In this document: positions 1-10,770 of the stretch, one piece after another | How the letters are laid out: each line of letters starts with the position of its first letter | Numbering within the stretch: position 1 is the first letter of the stretch | DNA from: Methanobacteriota archaeon | GTDB lineage: Archaea > Thermoplasmatota > Thermoplasmata > SG8-5 > JAGLSY01 | DNA: 64,000 nt | Direction: 5' to 3' | Assembly (NCBI GenBank): GCA_020697715.1 | Contig: JAEHCO010000002.1 | Span: 128,001-192,000 of the forward strand | Translations under genes and position numbers: made by a program | The notes under the pieces: model-generated | Databases searched by the model: none | What the model saw: only the letters and a program-made list of their open reading frames with translations | What the model was told of the DNA's origin: nothing

Positions 1-271
1 GATGTTCATAATTATTTTGATTAACATATATTTATATTATTGGCTTTATTTAAATGTGCTTGTGATCTAGATGATGGGACGACATCATGCACAATAGACG
101 ATAGGCCGATACTGTGTGGTGAATAAGGTAATTATTGGAAGATGTATCGCACATCTCTCTATAATACGCTATAAATCCATGATAAATACGTTTAAACGTA
201 TTTTTAACGGATTGCACAGGTAAATATGTATTGGCGAACTATTTAAATCATGCCTGCGCATATAGGCAAGC

Positions 272-826
272 ATGGAGGGAAACTGCAAGGGCGCGATCTA
301 TCGTGGAAATATAGATTACGTCACCCGGAAGTTCGGCAAACTGGGTATTCAGCAATTGATGGATGACATGAAGAAGCATGGCCATAAGCTGGACCTTGAC
401 AATCTGAAGGATGGTCTGTGGTACCCATTGGATGCCAGAATGCAATTCCTCCGTTCCTCGGTTGAATTGTTCGAGATCGATGACGAACAATTGATCGAAC
501 TGGGTAAATCGGGCTTCAAAACATCCACTATCGCGCAATTTTACCTGAAACTGGCCGGCACACCCAAGAAGATATTCGAGATGGGACCCAATATCTGGAA
601 GCACAATTACGATGTTGGAGTTCTGGAGTCGGAATATGGAGGAAGCAAAGGCTCGTATTTCAGAGTGTTGGATTTCGATGCGGCACCTATATTTTTCCAG
701 TACCTTATCGGGTATTATACCGCGGCCTTTGAGCAAGTGGGTGTGAAAGATATTATTGTCACACATGAGGCCATTGAAAAAGATGGGAAGCCGTGCCAAG
801 AGTACCTTATCAAGTGGAGTGATTGA
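272..826 (+). CDS. DUF2378/TIGR02265-like (HNOB/V4R-like small-ligand-binding) protein
   Basis: KGAIYRG...WYPL...LG...GPNIWKHNYDVG...GYYTAAF pattern typical of this family. Confidence 0.55.
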   Translation: MEGNCKGAIYRGNIDYVTRKFGKLGIQQLMDDMKKHGHKLDLDNLKDGLWYPLDARMQFLRSSVELFEIDDEQLIELGKSGFKTSTIAQFYLKLAGTPKKIFEMGPNIWKHNYDVGVLESEYGGSKGSYFRVLDFDAAPIFFQYLIGYYTAAFEQVGVKDIIVTHEAIEKDGKPCQEYLIKWSD

Positions 827-853
827 TCTCTTATTCTTTATCCGATCGAATGA

Positions 854-1867
854 CTAATCTTCAAACACTGGCTTGCGATATGTATAATGCTTTTTAGAGA
901 CCTTGAAGCCCATGCCCTCGTACAATTTCAGAGCGCCTGTTGGGTTCTCGGCATCCACTCCCAGGGATGCTTCCTCCATGCCTTTTTCCTTGAGTGACCT
1001 GAAGCTTCTGGCTATCAATGCCTTTGCCACACCCTGGCCTCTCCATTCGCGGCCAACGTGGATGTTCTCGGTGTATCCACGCTTGATGCCCAGCTCTTCA
1101 TTGGACGCATGGTGGATGAAGTTCTGGACCGCGCCAGCAACACGATCTCCATCCCAGGCAACCTCGAAGATATCTGGCTGGAAGCAATCCGAGGCAAGCC
1201 ACATCTTGTAGAATTCCTCGGTGATCTCTATTGGTTCCCATCCATCCTTCGAGGCCTCGATATCCGCTTCCCAGACCTTTCGATATTCTTCTGGCATGGG
1301 CGGCCTTGCCTCTATTCCTGGAGGCAAGGGAAGCTCTGGTATTGACTCGCTCAGGTCGCGAACCATCTCGAAGCCGTATCTGGCAACCTTGTAATCCGAA
1401 TCATTGAGTGTTGATATCAGATCGGTATTCTCTTCATATGTCCATACCTGGAATTCTCTGGTCTCGCTATCTGGATGCGTGGCCGCGATCTCTCTAAGAA
1501 TGCCCTCGTTCCACAAGAGCATGGCCTTCCTGAGGCCAGTGCCGTGATGATCAGGATCGAGTATGGTGAAATGATTGTAATTGTATCCACCCATCTGCTT
1601 CCGGGTCCACCAACCACGGGAATAGCCGATCATCTTCCCGTCCAGCTCCGCCATAAGGACATGCTTGAAGGGGTCGCAGTTCACAAGATTGTCATAGTAA
1701 GCCTTGAAATCCTCAAAGCTTTCCGGAAAATCATCTTGTGTCGCCTTCTTCTCCTTCTCGGAGACCTCGAACATCAGTGGAAGATCATCCTTGCCAGCAT
1801 AATTGCGGAACTTCAGCCCCGGAATGTCTGGCTGTTCATCTATCTTGAAATACTCGTTATTTGTCAT
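854..1867 (-). CDS. Tandem-GNAT acetyltransferase (MshD-like architecture)
   Basis: Two GNAT domains; motif A REWRGQGVAKAL; C-terminal VDAENPTGALKLYEGMGF. Confidence 0.85.
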   Translation of the reverse strand: MTNNEYFKIDEQPDIPGLKFRNYAGKDDLPLMFEVSEKEKKATQDDFPESFEDFKAYYDNLVNCDPFKHVLMAELDGKMIGYSRGWWTRKQMGGYNYNHFTILDPDHHGTGLRKAMLLWNEGILREIAATHPDSETREFQVWTYEENTDLISTLNDSDYKVARYGFEMVRDLSESIPELPLPPGIEARPPMPEEYRKVWEADIEASKDGWEPIEITEEFYKMWLASDCFQPDIFEVAWDGDRVAGAVQNFIHHASNEELGIKRGYTENIHVGREWRGQGVAKALIARSFRSLKEKGMEEASLGVDAENPTGALKLYEGMGFKVSKKHYTYRKPVFED

Positions 1868-2874
1868 TATTCCTCCATTATCAGAGGCTTACGGAGTGTG
1901 ACCCATTTCTGATATTCCTCATAGCCCATGCTCTTGTAAAGATGTAGCGCGCCACTTGGATTTTCCGCATCCACGCCAAGTGCGGCCTGCTCCATCCCCG
2001 CATCCTTCACAACCTGCAAACTGCGAGCGATAAGTGCCTTGGCCAGTCCTTTTCCTCTGTGGGTTTTCCTAACACCGATATTCTCTGTATAACCCCATTT
2101 TCTATCGAATTCCTTATTCTCAGTCTCGCTGATATAGTTCTGAACCATGCCAGCAACTTCATCCCCACACCACGCGATCTGCCAAAGGTGAGGCTGGATA
2201 TGAGGCTCACCGAGCCATCTTTCATACCACTCTTCCAGCCATTCGGGCTCGCCCCATTCGTCACTGAATATCTCGCGGGAAGCTTCCCAGATCGTCCTGT
2301 ACTGATCTGGCTTTGCGGGTCTGACCTCGATACCTTCGGGCAATGGTAACTCAGGGATATTTTCCAGGTCTGGCCTGACCATTAGAAAAGCATATCTTAT
2401 GGGTTCATATCCATCATTTTTCAGAATCGCTTCCCATTCGAAAGATCCGGGTGCGATCCAGGATACATAGTACTTTGGAATGTCCGGGTCGTGGGTGCCA
2501 GCCACTTCTTTAAGTCGGGCTTGGCACCAATCGAACATCACCTCGCGAATGCCTTTCTCGCGCCATTCGGGAACAACTGATGCGAAATGCCCGTAATTGA
2601 TCCAACCATCTTGGATCTGATCCCACCAGACCCTGGAATAACCGATAAGCTGGCCATCGACCTCGACCAGCAGAAAATCCTTGTCCAGATCGCAATTGGT
2701 CAGATGATCATAAAAATGGATGAACTCCTCAAGGGACATGACCTCCTCATCCTTGTCGAACTTATCACTGGCCACCTTCACCCTGAGCATGGCGGGATAG
2801 TCAACGCTTCCGCTAAATCTACGGAAGCGCAGCCCTGGAATATCGGGCATGTTCTCTACCACTATCTCGGTCAT
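1867..2874 (-). CDS. Tandem-GNAT acetyltransferase, paralog of the adjacent gene
   Basis: HRGKGLAKALIARS and VDAENPSGALHLYKSMGY; colinear with 854..1867; stop overlaps the next start. Confidence 0.85.
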   Translation of the reverse strand: MTEIVVENMPDIPGLRFRRFSGSVDYPAMLRVKVASDKFDKDEEVMSLEEFIHFYDHLTNCDLDKDFLLVEVDGQLIGYSRVWWDQIQDGWINYGHFASVVPEWREKGIREVMFDWCQARLKEVAGTHDPDIPKYYVSWIAPGSFEWEAILKNDGYEPIRYAFLMVRPDLENIPELPLPEGIEVRPAKPDQYRTIWEASREIFSDEWGEPEWLEEWYERWLGEPHIQPHLWQIAWCGDEVAGMVQNYISETENKEFDRKWGYTENIGVRKTHRGKGLAKALIARSLQVVKDAGMEQAALGVDAENPSGALHLYKSMGYEEYQKWVTLRKPLIMEE

Positions 2875-2962
2875 GTATTGGGAGTGAATGAGGGACCACT
2901 AATAAATTTTGGCTAATCCTCAGGCCAAAATTTTATTAGTCTATCTCTATTGGCGATACCTA

Positions 2963-3706
2963 ATGGAACCCGTTACTATACTGCTAATAGCCATGATCAT
3001 CATGTTCTTCGCAGGCATGATGCAAGGCCTGGCTGGCTTTGGCTTTTCTCTGGTATCAGTTCCTATATTGATCATGCTCATCGAGCCAACATTGATGGCC
3101 CCCATGATCATCATCCATTCTATCGTGATAAATTTCGCATTGTTCCTCAAGATCAGGCAGGATGCGGAGCTGAAGCGCATATGGCCCCTCATAGTTGCGG
3201 GAATCGCGGGACTGCCTTTTGGTGTCTTGCTATTGCTGGCCATCGACCCCCAGAGCTTTAAATTGATAATCGGGATCTTCATCGTTCTCTTCGGGATCGC
3301 CTACTTGATGGATTTCAGAAAAGAACTGAAAAATGAGAAATTGACATTCATGCCAGTGGGTTTCATAAGCGGTGTTCTCAATAGTTCGATAACACTTTCC
3401 GGCCCCCCTGTGATATTCTGCCTGACCAATCAGGGCGTGGAGAAGAAGATATTCCGCGCCAATATGATCTCTTATTTTCTATTTCTGAACCTGGCAACAA
3501 TTCCTTTCTTTATTTGGAAAGGAATTTTCACTGGAGAAGTTGTGAACTTCTCCCTGATCCTTCTGCCTGGCATGATACTCGGAGCTGGTATTGGATCGAT
3601 ACTCGTGACAAAGGTGTGTGAAAGAACATTCAGGAATATCGCGCTTATCGTGACCATAGGCTCTGGTCTTCTGTCAATAATAACTGGATTGGGCATATTT
3701 GGATGA
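2963..3706 (+). CDS. TSUP (TauE/SafE) family membrane transporter
   Basis: AGMMQGLAGFGFSLVSVP and GFISGVLNSSITLSGPP repeats; ~8 TM; start placed at ATG 2963. Confidence 0.85.
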   Translation: MEPVTILLIAMIIMFFAGMMQGLAGFGFSLVSVPILIMLIEPTLMAPMIIIHSIVINFALFLKIRQDAELKRIWPLIVAGIAGLPFGVLLLLAIDPQSFKLIIGIFIVLFGIAYLMDFRKELKNEKLTFMPVGFISGVLNSSITLSGPPVIFCLTNQGVEKKIFRANMISYFLFLNLATIPFFIWKGIFTGEVVNFSLILLPGMILGAGIGSILVTKVCERTFRNIALIVTIGSGLLSIITGLGIFG

Positions 3707-3859
3707 TAATGGTCTTTTATTAGGATCAATATTTGGCTTATTTACAATCAGATAATTTATTTTAGCCTGGCTTTAAATTTCAATTATTGAAATATCAACT
3801 ATCGATGCCCTTCTTGTGTAGGCAAAATGTTTATATTATAGAGTACATTGAATCTTAAC

Positions 3860-3898
3860 AATGGTTACTAACAATAGTTACTAACTATAGTTAATACC
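3860..3898. promoter_or_regulatory. Three 13-bp direct repeats upstream of the giant surface-protein gene
   Basis: aatggttactaac / aatagttactaac / tatagttaatacc, just after an AT-rich TATA-like tract. Confidence 0.4.
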
Positions 3899-3996
3899 AA
3901 TCAATACTAGATAAATCGTGAGGTAAAGAGATGATTTTTATCTTATGGTATATGAAAATCAAAAATTAAGAACAATAAAATCTGGAGGAGAAAAGC

Positions 3997-6900
3997 ATGA
4001 AAAGATCGATTGCAATAATTTTAGCAATAATAATGACAGCTACTAGTATGATCGCGGCTACGAACGTAGTCTCTGCGAATACTGGCGATCCTGTTGAACT
4101 ACCACCTGGCAGTGGATATTGGGAAACTGCCGGAGATTGGTTAGTGGATTCGTCAACTTCGTTCAGCAATGTGGAAATATGGGTTCAGGGAGACCTGACT
4201 GTAAATGGGGCGTCAGCCTTATTGACCCTAACCAATTGTCTTATCACCATAGAGGGTGACCTGATAGTTGAGAATGCAGGAACCCTGACACTCAGGGGCA
4301 CAGAGGCTCGAATATTTCAGCCTGGTATTGTTGATGGTGTGTACAATATCTATGTCAGGACCGGTGGGGTCTTCACCGCGACAGACATTGATGGAATACC
4401 ATCCACAGATGATGGCTCATTCATCACTGCCGTAGGCACCACTTATGAATACGATTTCACTGTGGAATCCAATGCAGGTGCTTTCATCCTTGTGAACTCC
4501 GAGATATCAGAATGTGGATACAATGATGCGAACCCAGGTCTCACTATCGAGACCAATAATGTTCAGATGATGGATTCACGAATATTCGATTCATACAATG
4601 GTACGACCTTTGATGGTGCAGCACTCACATCGATATATCTCAAGAACATGAGGTTTGAGAATAATTACAATGGAGTGGCGGTGCATCACGGAGCAGTCGT
4701 CACATTTGATGATTGCTGGTTCTATGATTCAACACTTTATGAGGTATCTGCGATAGCTTCTGATGTCTATCTCTATGACACCACTATCGATTGTGATCAT
4801 GACTCCGAGAGAGGGATTTGGTTATACAACAATGGAACCGCAAATGTCTTCAATACAAGGATCATGGATGCCAATGATTACAATATATATGTGCAATATT
4901 ACTCATATCTGAACATCCAGGACTCGAACATATTCTCTGCAAGTGATGATGGTATATACATAGATGATTGGTCAGACGCAGATATATCCAATAATGAGAT
5001 ATTCAGCAATACTGATGCGAACATCTATCTGGATGATTTCTCAACTGCTGAGATCTTCAATAATGATCTGTTCGCAAATGGCAATAGTGACGAAGGTGTT
5101 TGGGTAAATGATGGTTCCTATGCCAACATATATAATAATAAGATATGGGACAATGGTGAAGAAGGTATTCAGGTAGAGGATGCAAATGCATCTATAACGA
5201 ATAACTGGATATATTCCAATAATTGGGATGGAATTTATCTCAATGATGCTGATGAATGTTATATTGCAGATAATGAGATAATTGAAAATGCCGGAGGCAC
5301 AGGCTATGCAGGTATTCAGGTCGATGGTGGTTCCATGTGGAATGATATTGAGAACAATCTCATCCAGGATTCCAGCTACTACAATATACGCCTTGAGGGA
5401 AATTCTCATAACAACACTTTCTCTGATAACACGATCTATGACATCACAAGTAGTGGAAGCACATACGCTGGTGTGTACATCAATGGAGCTGGAACAAGGG
5501 ACAATACCTTTGATTCCAATACCATCAAGAAGAATTATTATGGGATCTATATGGTCAATTCTCCATACAACTACTTTGTAGACAATAACATAGACCTCAA
5601 TGATTACAGAGGTGTGTATCTGAACAATGCGGATTTCAACCTATTTGAGTACAATACGATCACAAGGAGCGGAAATGGTGGAGCCAACCATGGTCTTTAC
5701 ATTGAGCAGACCTCTGGAGACAATGAGTTCTATAACAATTCATTATCCAACATGGTGAATGTTCTGTGTAACAATGGAACTGTTGTGGACAATACCATAT
5801 TCGACTACAACTACTATTCAGATTACACCGGATTCGACACTACAGCTGACTGGATAGGCGACACAGGAGACTATACAATTCCTGGAACTACACTGCATTA
5901 CGACACTCACCCACAGACAAAGATCAGTCCAGCTGGTGGAAATGCAACCACATACGCAAGTATCGGAACCACATTGAATATCGATACTTCAAGGGACATA
6001 CACCTGCCTGCTCAAACACCAAATGCAGGAAGCAGGACAATACCACAGATCGGTATATGGTATGAAAATGGTCTTTACATGAATGATGATGACAATCCGA
6101 ATAATGACAATGTCTACTTCCACGGCGATGGTCCAGATAGATCCTTCGTTGATGGATATAACTCTGACAATGTCTTCGAGTTCGAGGATTGTGACTATAT
6201 CAGATTCGAAAGCCTGAGCATTGACAATGGTAGTGGAGACGGTATCTACTGGGAATTCTACGAGGGCGAAGATGTTCAGATCTGGGATACAGATTACAAC
6301 CTGAACCCACAGATCGACATCACCAACTGTGAGTTCGAGAGCAGTGGAAGCGACGGTATCGAGATAGGAGAGTTCGATAATTATGGATTCCAATACCTGT
6401 CAGATACAGGAGACGCTTTCCAGCCAGTTAATGTCTTTGATCTATTGGGCAACCAGCATATATTCTGGGCAGACCCATGGGATGAAGATGGCAGTCAGAT
6501 CTGGTACATGATGACAGACCTGAATGGTAATGTCCTCATCAATGGAACCGCCATAACACCATACAATGATGATTATGACACAAAGAGACCGATCCCACTT
6601 GTGGATTCCCAGAACCAGATAAATCTAGTATGGAAGGATGACAGGTTCACACATGAATCTATCGACACAGCACATGATCTGTTCTTCATGAGATTGAACC
6701 CGTACCTGGATGACCGCGATGGCAGTCCGGCAAACCCGGATGTGATCAAGGTCGTTGATGACACACAGATAATCACCTTCCCATTGGATGATGACGGATA
6801 TGTCAGCTACGAGAATGAGTTGCAGATGGCCGGAGCGGACATTGACAGCGAAGACAATATCCATTTGTTCTGGTGCGAAGAGGACATTGAGGATTGGTTA

Positions 6901-9900
6901 TACTACAATAAAATAGACCGCAATGGAAACACCCTCATTGGTCCAAATGAGCTCATATTCTATGACGGCAACACTGCAAACTCCAATGCACGTCCAGACC
7001 TGACAGTTGACAATAATGACAACCTGCATTTGGTATGGACTGATGAATACATGACCGGCGGAGATGACAATGACGGAGATGATGAATTATTCTACGCCAT
7101 GCTGGACAAGTTCGGTAACAAGCTCATCGACAGGACCATGATCTCCAATGATGATGATTATGTATCTCAGAGAGGTCAGGTAATGGTAGACTCACAGAAC
7201 ATCGTGCATGTTGTATGGAATGACAATGGAAATGACAATGATGGCCCGGAGGTCATGTACACCAAATTCAACCCATACGCGGATGACATGGACGGCGACA
7301 GGGCGATGATGGCAAACATGAGGTTAGTCCCGAACAAGTACATATCTGGATATGGTGTCAACACAGACGATGAGAAATCCCGACATCCATATACAGCAAT
7401 GGACTCCAATGACGAGATCCATGTAGTATGGCATGAGAAAGATCGGGATTATGAAGTGACATATGTCAAACTGGACAATGATGGAAACATTCTGGATAGA
7501 TTTGACATAACACCGTATGATATAATCGATGACCCCACATACGGTGATGAGCACAAGATAGCCGTGGATGCGAACAATATGCCACATATCGTCTGGGGAG
7601 ATGACTCCAATTATGATGTCGCGTACTACAACCCATACAATACCATGTACGGTTCCCTTACCATGAACATCAATGACAGTAATTTCATTGACCAAACTAC
7701 AGATGGTATCTACATAGATGAAACATACTTCATTGATCTGAACTTGAACATCAACAATTGCCTTTTCGAGGACAATGATGATGATGGAATTGAATTGGAT
7801 TGGATCGTTCAGAGAGAACATGAGACATCTACCATAAACATCCTGAACAGTGTATTCATCGATGACGATGTATCAACAGACACTGGTATCTACATCAACA
7901 ATATCGAAGGTGGAGACACTGTAGTGAACATAAGGAACAATGAATTCTACGGTGATGATCAGATGGATGCCATATACTGGGATTATACTAATGATGAGGC
8001 AGAAGATGATTCAGCAGATATACCCATTGGCTTTGTGTGGTTGAATGTAGAGGACAATTACTTCTACGAGTGTGATTACGGTCTGTACATATACGAGTTC
8101 TATTTCACAGACTACCTCATCAACTTCAACTACAATACCATGGAGCTGATCGATGATGAGGCCATCTACTTGGATACCATGGAGTCAAGCGCAGGAACCT
8201 TCAATGTCATAGGAAATGATCTGAACCAGGTGGATGACGGATTTTACTTGGACTACCCAGCATACTTCGATGACGCGCATGATATGGGCTATACCGAGGC
8301 CATGATGAGGCCGACATATCTGAACTTCATTGACAATACCATGTTGGGCGTGGAATACTACGGAATATATGTCTATGAGAATTACTACGCACCATTGTAT
8401 GTGAACATCGACAACTGCCATATCGAAGGAACTGGAGATGATTTCAGTAGTTTCTATGGTGTGTACATCTACTATGCATACTATGCCCCTATCCACGTGG
8501 ATATAAGGAATTCGTACATCGCGCACGGATACTATGGTTACTACATGTATGAAGAGGACTACACCTATATGACGACAAACATTGAGAACACTGTTTTTGA
8601 CGATGTCTATTACGGTCTATACATGGACTATCCAGCATACTATGAGTATCACAAGCTCACTATGACGGATGTGGATATAAATGTCTGTTATGGTGGAACT
8701 GGTATTGAGGTATACTATGCCTGCGATGATGATGGTGCTGTATTCGATATGATACTGGACAATGTGAACATCCACGCCTACGAAGGATATTCCTGGTACG
8801 GCGATGAGTATGATTACTACGACTACGGTATCTACTTCGATGAGTTCGATAATGGAAGGACCTATCTGACAATGACGGACTGTGACATCACTGGCTATGA
8901 TTCTGGTGGTGTTTATGCTGAGAATTACTACAGCGCGGGAACCCTATCTGCCTGGATATACGATTGTAACTTCGAGGATTTCCCAGGAGAAGCCGCACCT
9001 TCGGTCTACATAGATGCAGATGGTGATGAAGGTGGTGCAGTGGTCTATATAATCAGTTGTGACGGCGATCAGACCTACTACGTCTATGACGACGATGCCT
9101 ACTACACAAACTATGGACAGTACTGGGACTCGTATATCTACGAAGGATGGTGGCTGGACGTGGAAGTTCTAACCGGACAATACTTGAACATGGCTGCTGA
9201 GAATGTTGACATCAGTGTCTATGACACAGATGGCAGCTACATAACAGGTGGCTTGACGGATGGAACTGGCTGGGTCACAGACATGATCGCATACGAGATG
9301 GTCCTCTGGTCCAATGGTATCGAACAGAACAATCCATTCACCATTGTCGCAGATAATGGTGCAGTAACCGCATCTGCTATTGTTGACATATACGCCGATA
9401 CACAGATCACATTGACATTGACCGGAGACTGGGACGCGGATGGTCAGAACGACCAGATCGACCCGGACGACGACAATGACGGTGTCACGGATGTGAATGA
9501 CGCATTCCCTCAGGACCCGGCTGAATCTGCGGATTCCGATGGTGATGGCATTGGAGACAATGCTGATCTGGACGATGACATGGATGGCGACGGCATACCA
9601 GATGCCTCCGATTGGGACATAGATGGTGATCAAGTTGGAAACGACAATGATGCCTTCCCGTACGATGGATCTGAATGGAATGACATGGACGGAGACGGCA
9701 TTGGAGACAATACCGATGCAGACATCGATGGCGATGGCTTCAACAACACAGCACCAGTCAATGAGACAATTCCCGATGCCTTCCCGTACGACGGAAGCGA
9801 GTGGAGTGACATGGATGGAGACGGAGTTGGAGACAATTCTGACTGGGACATGGATGGAGACTTGATCGGAAACGATCAGGACGAATTCCCCGCAGACCCG

Positions 9901-10692
9901 ACCGAATCATCTGATATGGACGGCGATGGTATTGGAGACAATGCTGACACCGATGTAGATGGTGATGGTATTTCTGACGCAGTGGATGACTTCCCGACCA
10001 ATCCAAATGAATGGATGGACACCGATGGTGACGGAGTCGGAGATAACTCTGACTGGGACATTGATGGTGACGGCGTGGCCAATACCAACGATGACTTCCC
10101 ATACGGTGATGCCGACTGGAGAGATCTTGACGGCGATGGATTGGGAGACGGTGTTGACTCGGATATCGACGGTGACGGAATTGCCAATGTGGATGACGCA
10201 TTCTCATTCAATGCCGAGGAATGGACTGACACAGACGGTGATGGCATTGGAGACAATAAGGACTGGGATGTTGACGGCGATGGTGTGTCAAATGCCATGG
10301 ATGCCTTCCCATTCGACGAGGATGAATGGCTAGACTCCGATGGTGATCTAATAGGCAATAATGCGGACACCGACGATGACGGCGACGGAATATTGGATGC
10401 AGATGATGAAGCACCACTGTACTTCAATGTACCAGCAACTGTGATACCAGAATACCCAGAATCCCCGGAATACCCCGAATTCCCGGAGGACGAGCCAGAC
10501 ATGCCATTGTACTTGCTGTTGCTCATTCTGATTGTCACAATGGTACTTGTTCTTCTGGCCACCAATAAGGTCAAGGACAATACAGAGCCACCTCAGTCAG
10601 CCAAGCCAGAGACTCCAAAACCAGAAACACCAGAACCTGAGGCAGAAGAGCCAAAGGTCGAGGAGCCAAAAGCAGACCTCCCCGAGGAATAG
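3997..10692 (+). CDS. Giant secreted, membrane-anchored surface protein: beta-helix (PbH1/NosD-like) regions, beta-propeller-like insert, TSP3 Ca-binding repeats, C-terminal TM
   Basis: Signal peptide; many GIYL/N-x-I-x-x-N repeats; 'IHVVW' blades; DxDGDGxGDNxD repeats; TM followed by a P/E-rich tail. Confidence 0.85.
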   Translation: MKRSIAIILAIIMTATSMIAATNVVSANTGDPVELPPGSGYWETAGDWLVDSSTSFSNVEIWVQGDLTVNGASALLTLTNCLITIEGDLIVENAGTLTLRGTEARIFQPGIVDGVYNIYVRTGGVFTATDIDGIPSTDDGSFITAVGTTYEYDFTVESNAGAFILVNSEISECGYNDANPGLTIETNNVQMMDSRIFDSYNGTTFDGAALTSIYLKNMRFENNYNGVAVHHGAVVTFDDCWFYDSTLYEVSAIASDVYLYDTTIDCDHDSERGIWLYNNGTANVFNTRIMDANDYNIYVQYYSYLNIQDSNIFSASDDGIYIDDWSDADISNNEIFSNTDANIYLDDFSTAEIFNNDLFANGNSDEGVWVNDGSYANIYNNKIWDNGEEGIQVEDANASITNNWIYSNNWDGIYLNDADECYIADNEIIENAGGTGYAGIQVDGGSMWNDIENNLIQDSSYYNIRLEGNSHNNTFSDNTIYDITSSGSTYAGVYINGAGTRDNTFDSNTIKKNYYGIYMVNSPYNYFVDNNIDLNDYRGVYLNNADFNLFEYNTITRSGNGGANHGLYIEQTSGDNEFYNNSLSNMVNVLCNNGTVVDNTIFDYNYYSDYTGFDTTADWIGDTGDYTIPGTTLHYDTHPQTKISPAGGNATTYASIGTTLNIDTSRDIHLPAQTPNAGSRTIPQIGIWYENGLYMNDDDNPNNDNVYFHGDGPDRSFVDGYNSDNVFEFEDCDYIRFESLSIDNGSGDGIYWEFYEGEDVQIWDTDYNLNPQIDITNCEFESSGSDGIEIGEFDNYGFQYLSDTGDAFQPVNVFDLLGNQHIFWADPWDEDGSQIWYMMTDLNGNVLINGTAITPYNDDYDTKRPIPLVDSQNQINLVWKDDRFTHESIDTAHDLFFMRLNPYLDDRDGSPANPDVIKVVDDTQIITFPLDDDGYVSYENELQMAGADIDSEDNIHLFWCEEDIEDWLYYNKIDRNGNTLIGPNELIFYDGNTANSNARPDLTVDNNDNLHLVWTDEYMTGGDDNDGDDELFYAMLDKFGNKLIDRTMISNDDDYVSQRGQVMVDSQNIVHVVWNDNGNDNDGPEVMYTKFNPYADDMDGDRAMMANMRLVPNKYISGYGVNTDDEKSRHPYTAMDSNDEIHVVWHEKDRDYEVTYVKLDNDGNILDRFDITPYDIIDDPTYGDEHKIAVDANNMPHIVWGDDSNYDVAYYNPYNTMYGSLTMNINDSNFIDQTTDGIYIDETYFIDLNLNINNCLFEDNDDDGIELDWIVQREHETSTINILNSVFIDDDVSTDTGIYINNIEGGDTVVNIRNNEFYGDDQMDAIYWDYTNDEAEDDSADIPIGFVWLNVEDNYFYECDYGLYIYEFYFTDYLINFNYNTMELIDDEAIYLDTMESSAGTFNVIGNDLNQVDDGFYLDYPAYFDDAHDMGYTEAMMRPTYLNFIDNTMLGVEYYGIYVYENYYAPLYVNIDNCHIEGTGDDFSSFYGVYIYYAYYAPIHVDIRNSYIAHGYYGYYMYEEDYTYMTTNIENTVFDDVYYGLYMDYPAYYEYHKLTMTDVDINVCYGGTGIEVYYACDDDGAVFDMILDNVNIHAYEGYSWYGDEYDYYDYGIYFDEFDNGRTYLTMTDCDITGYDSGGVYAENYYSAGTLSAWIYDCNFEDFPGEAAPSVYIDADGDEGGAVVYIISCDGDQTYYVYDDDAYYTNYGQYWDSYIYEGWWLDVEVLTGQYLNMAAENVDISVYDTDGSYITGGLTDGTGWVTDMIAYEMVLWSNGIEQNNPFTIVADNGAVTASAIVDIYADTQITLTLTGDWDADGQNDQIDPDDDNDGVTDVNDAFPQDPAESADSDGDGIGDNADLDDDMDGDGIPDASDWDIDGDQVGNDNDAFPYDGSEWNDMDGDGIGDNTDADIDGDGFNNTAPVNETIPDAFPYDGSEWSDMDGDGVGDNSDWDMDGDLIGNDQDEFPADPTESSDMDGDGIGDNADTDVDGDGISDAVDDFPTNPNEWMDTDGDGVGDNSDWDIDGDGVANTNDDFPYGDADWRDLDGDGLGDGVDSDIDGDGIANVDDAFSFNAEEWTDTDGDGIGDNKDWDVDGDGVSNAMDAFPFDEDEWLDSDGDLIGNNADTDDDGDGILDADDEAPLYFNVPATVIPEYPESPEYPEFPEDEPDMPLYLLLLILIVTMVLVLLATNKVKDNTEPPQSAKPETPKPETPEPEAEEPKVEEPKADLPEE
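9430..10410 (+). repeat. TSP type-3-like (DxDGDG) coding repeats
   Basis: Repeated ~32-aa unit DAFPxDxxEWxDxDGDGxGDNxDxDxDGDG. Confidence 0.85.
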
Positions 10693-10701
10693 ACGGAAAA
10701 T

Positions 10702-10740
10702 GGGGAAGGCGTCCAGCCTTCCCCCCCTTTTACTTTTTTT
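10702..10740 (+). terminator. Hairpin plus T-tract terminator
   Basis: ggggaaggc-N5-gccttcccc followed by T runs, between convergent genes. Confidence 0.65.
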
Positions 10741-10770
10741 AAAAAAATGTGACTATATCAATAATTTTGA

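Noticed and set aside
9169-10580. Long antisense Ser/Pro-rich ORFs (also at 33845-35980 and 48165-48737)
   Set aside because: They are shadows of repetitive acidic or coiled-coil genes on the opposite strand
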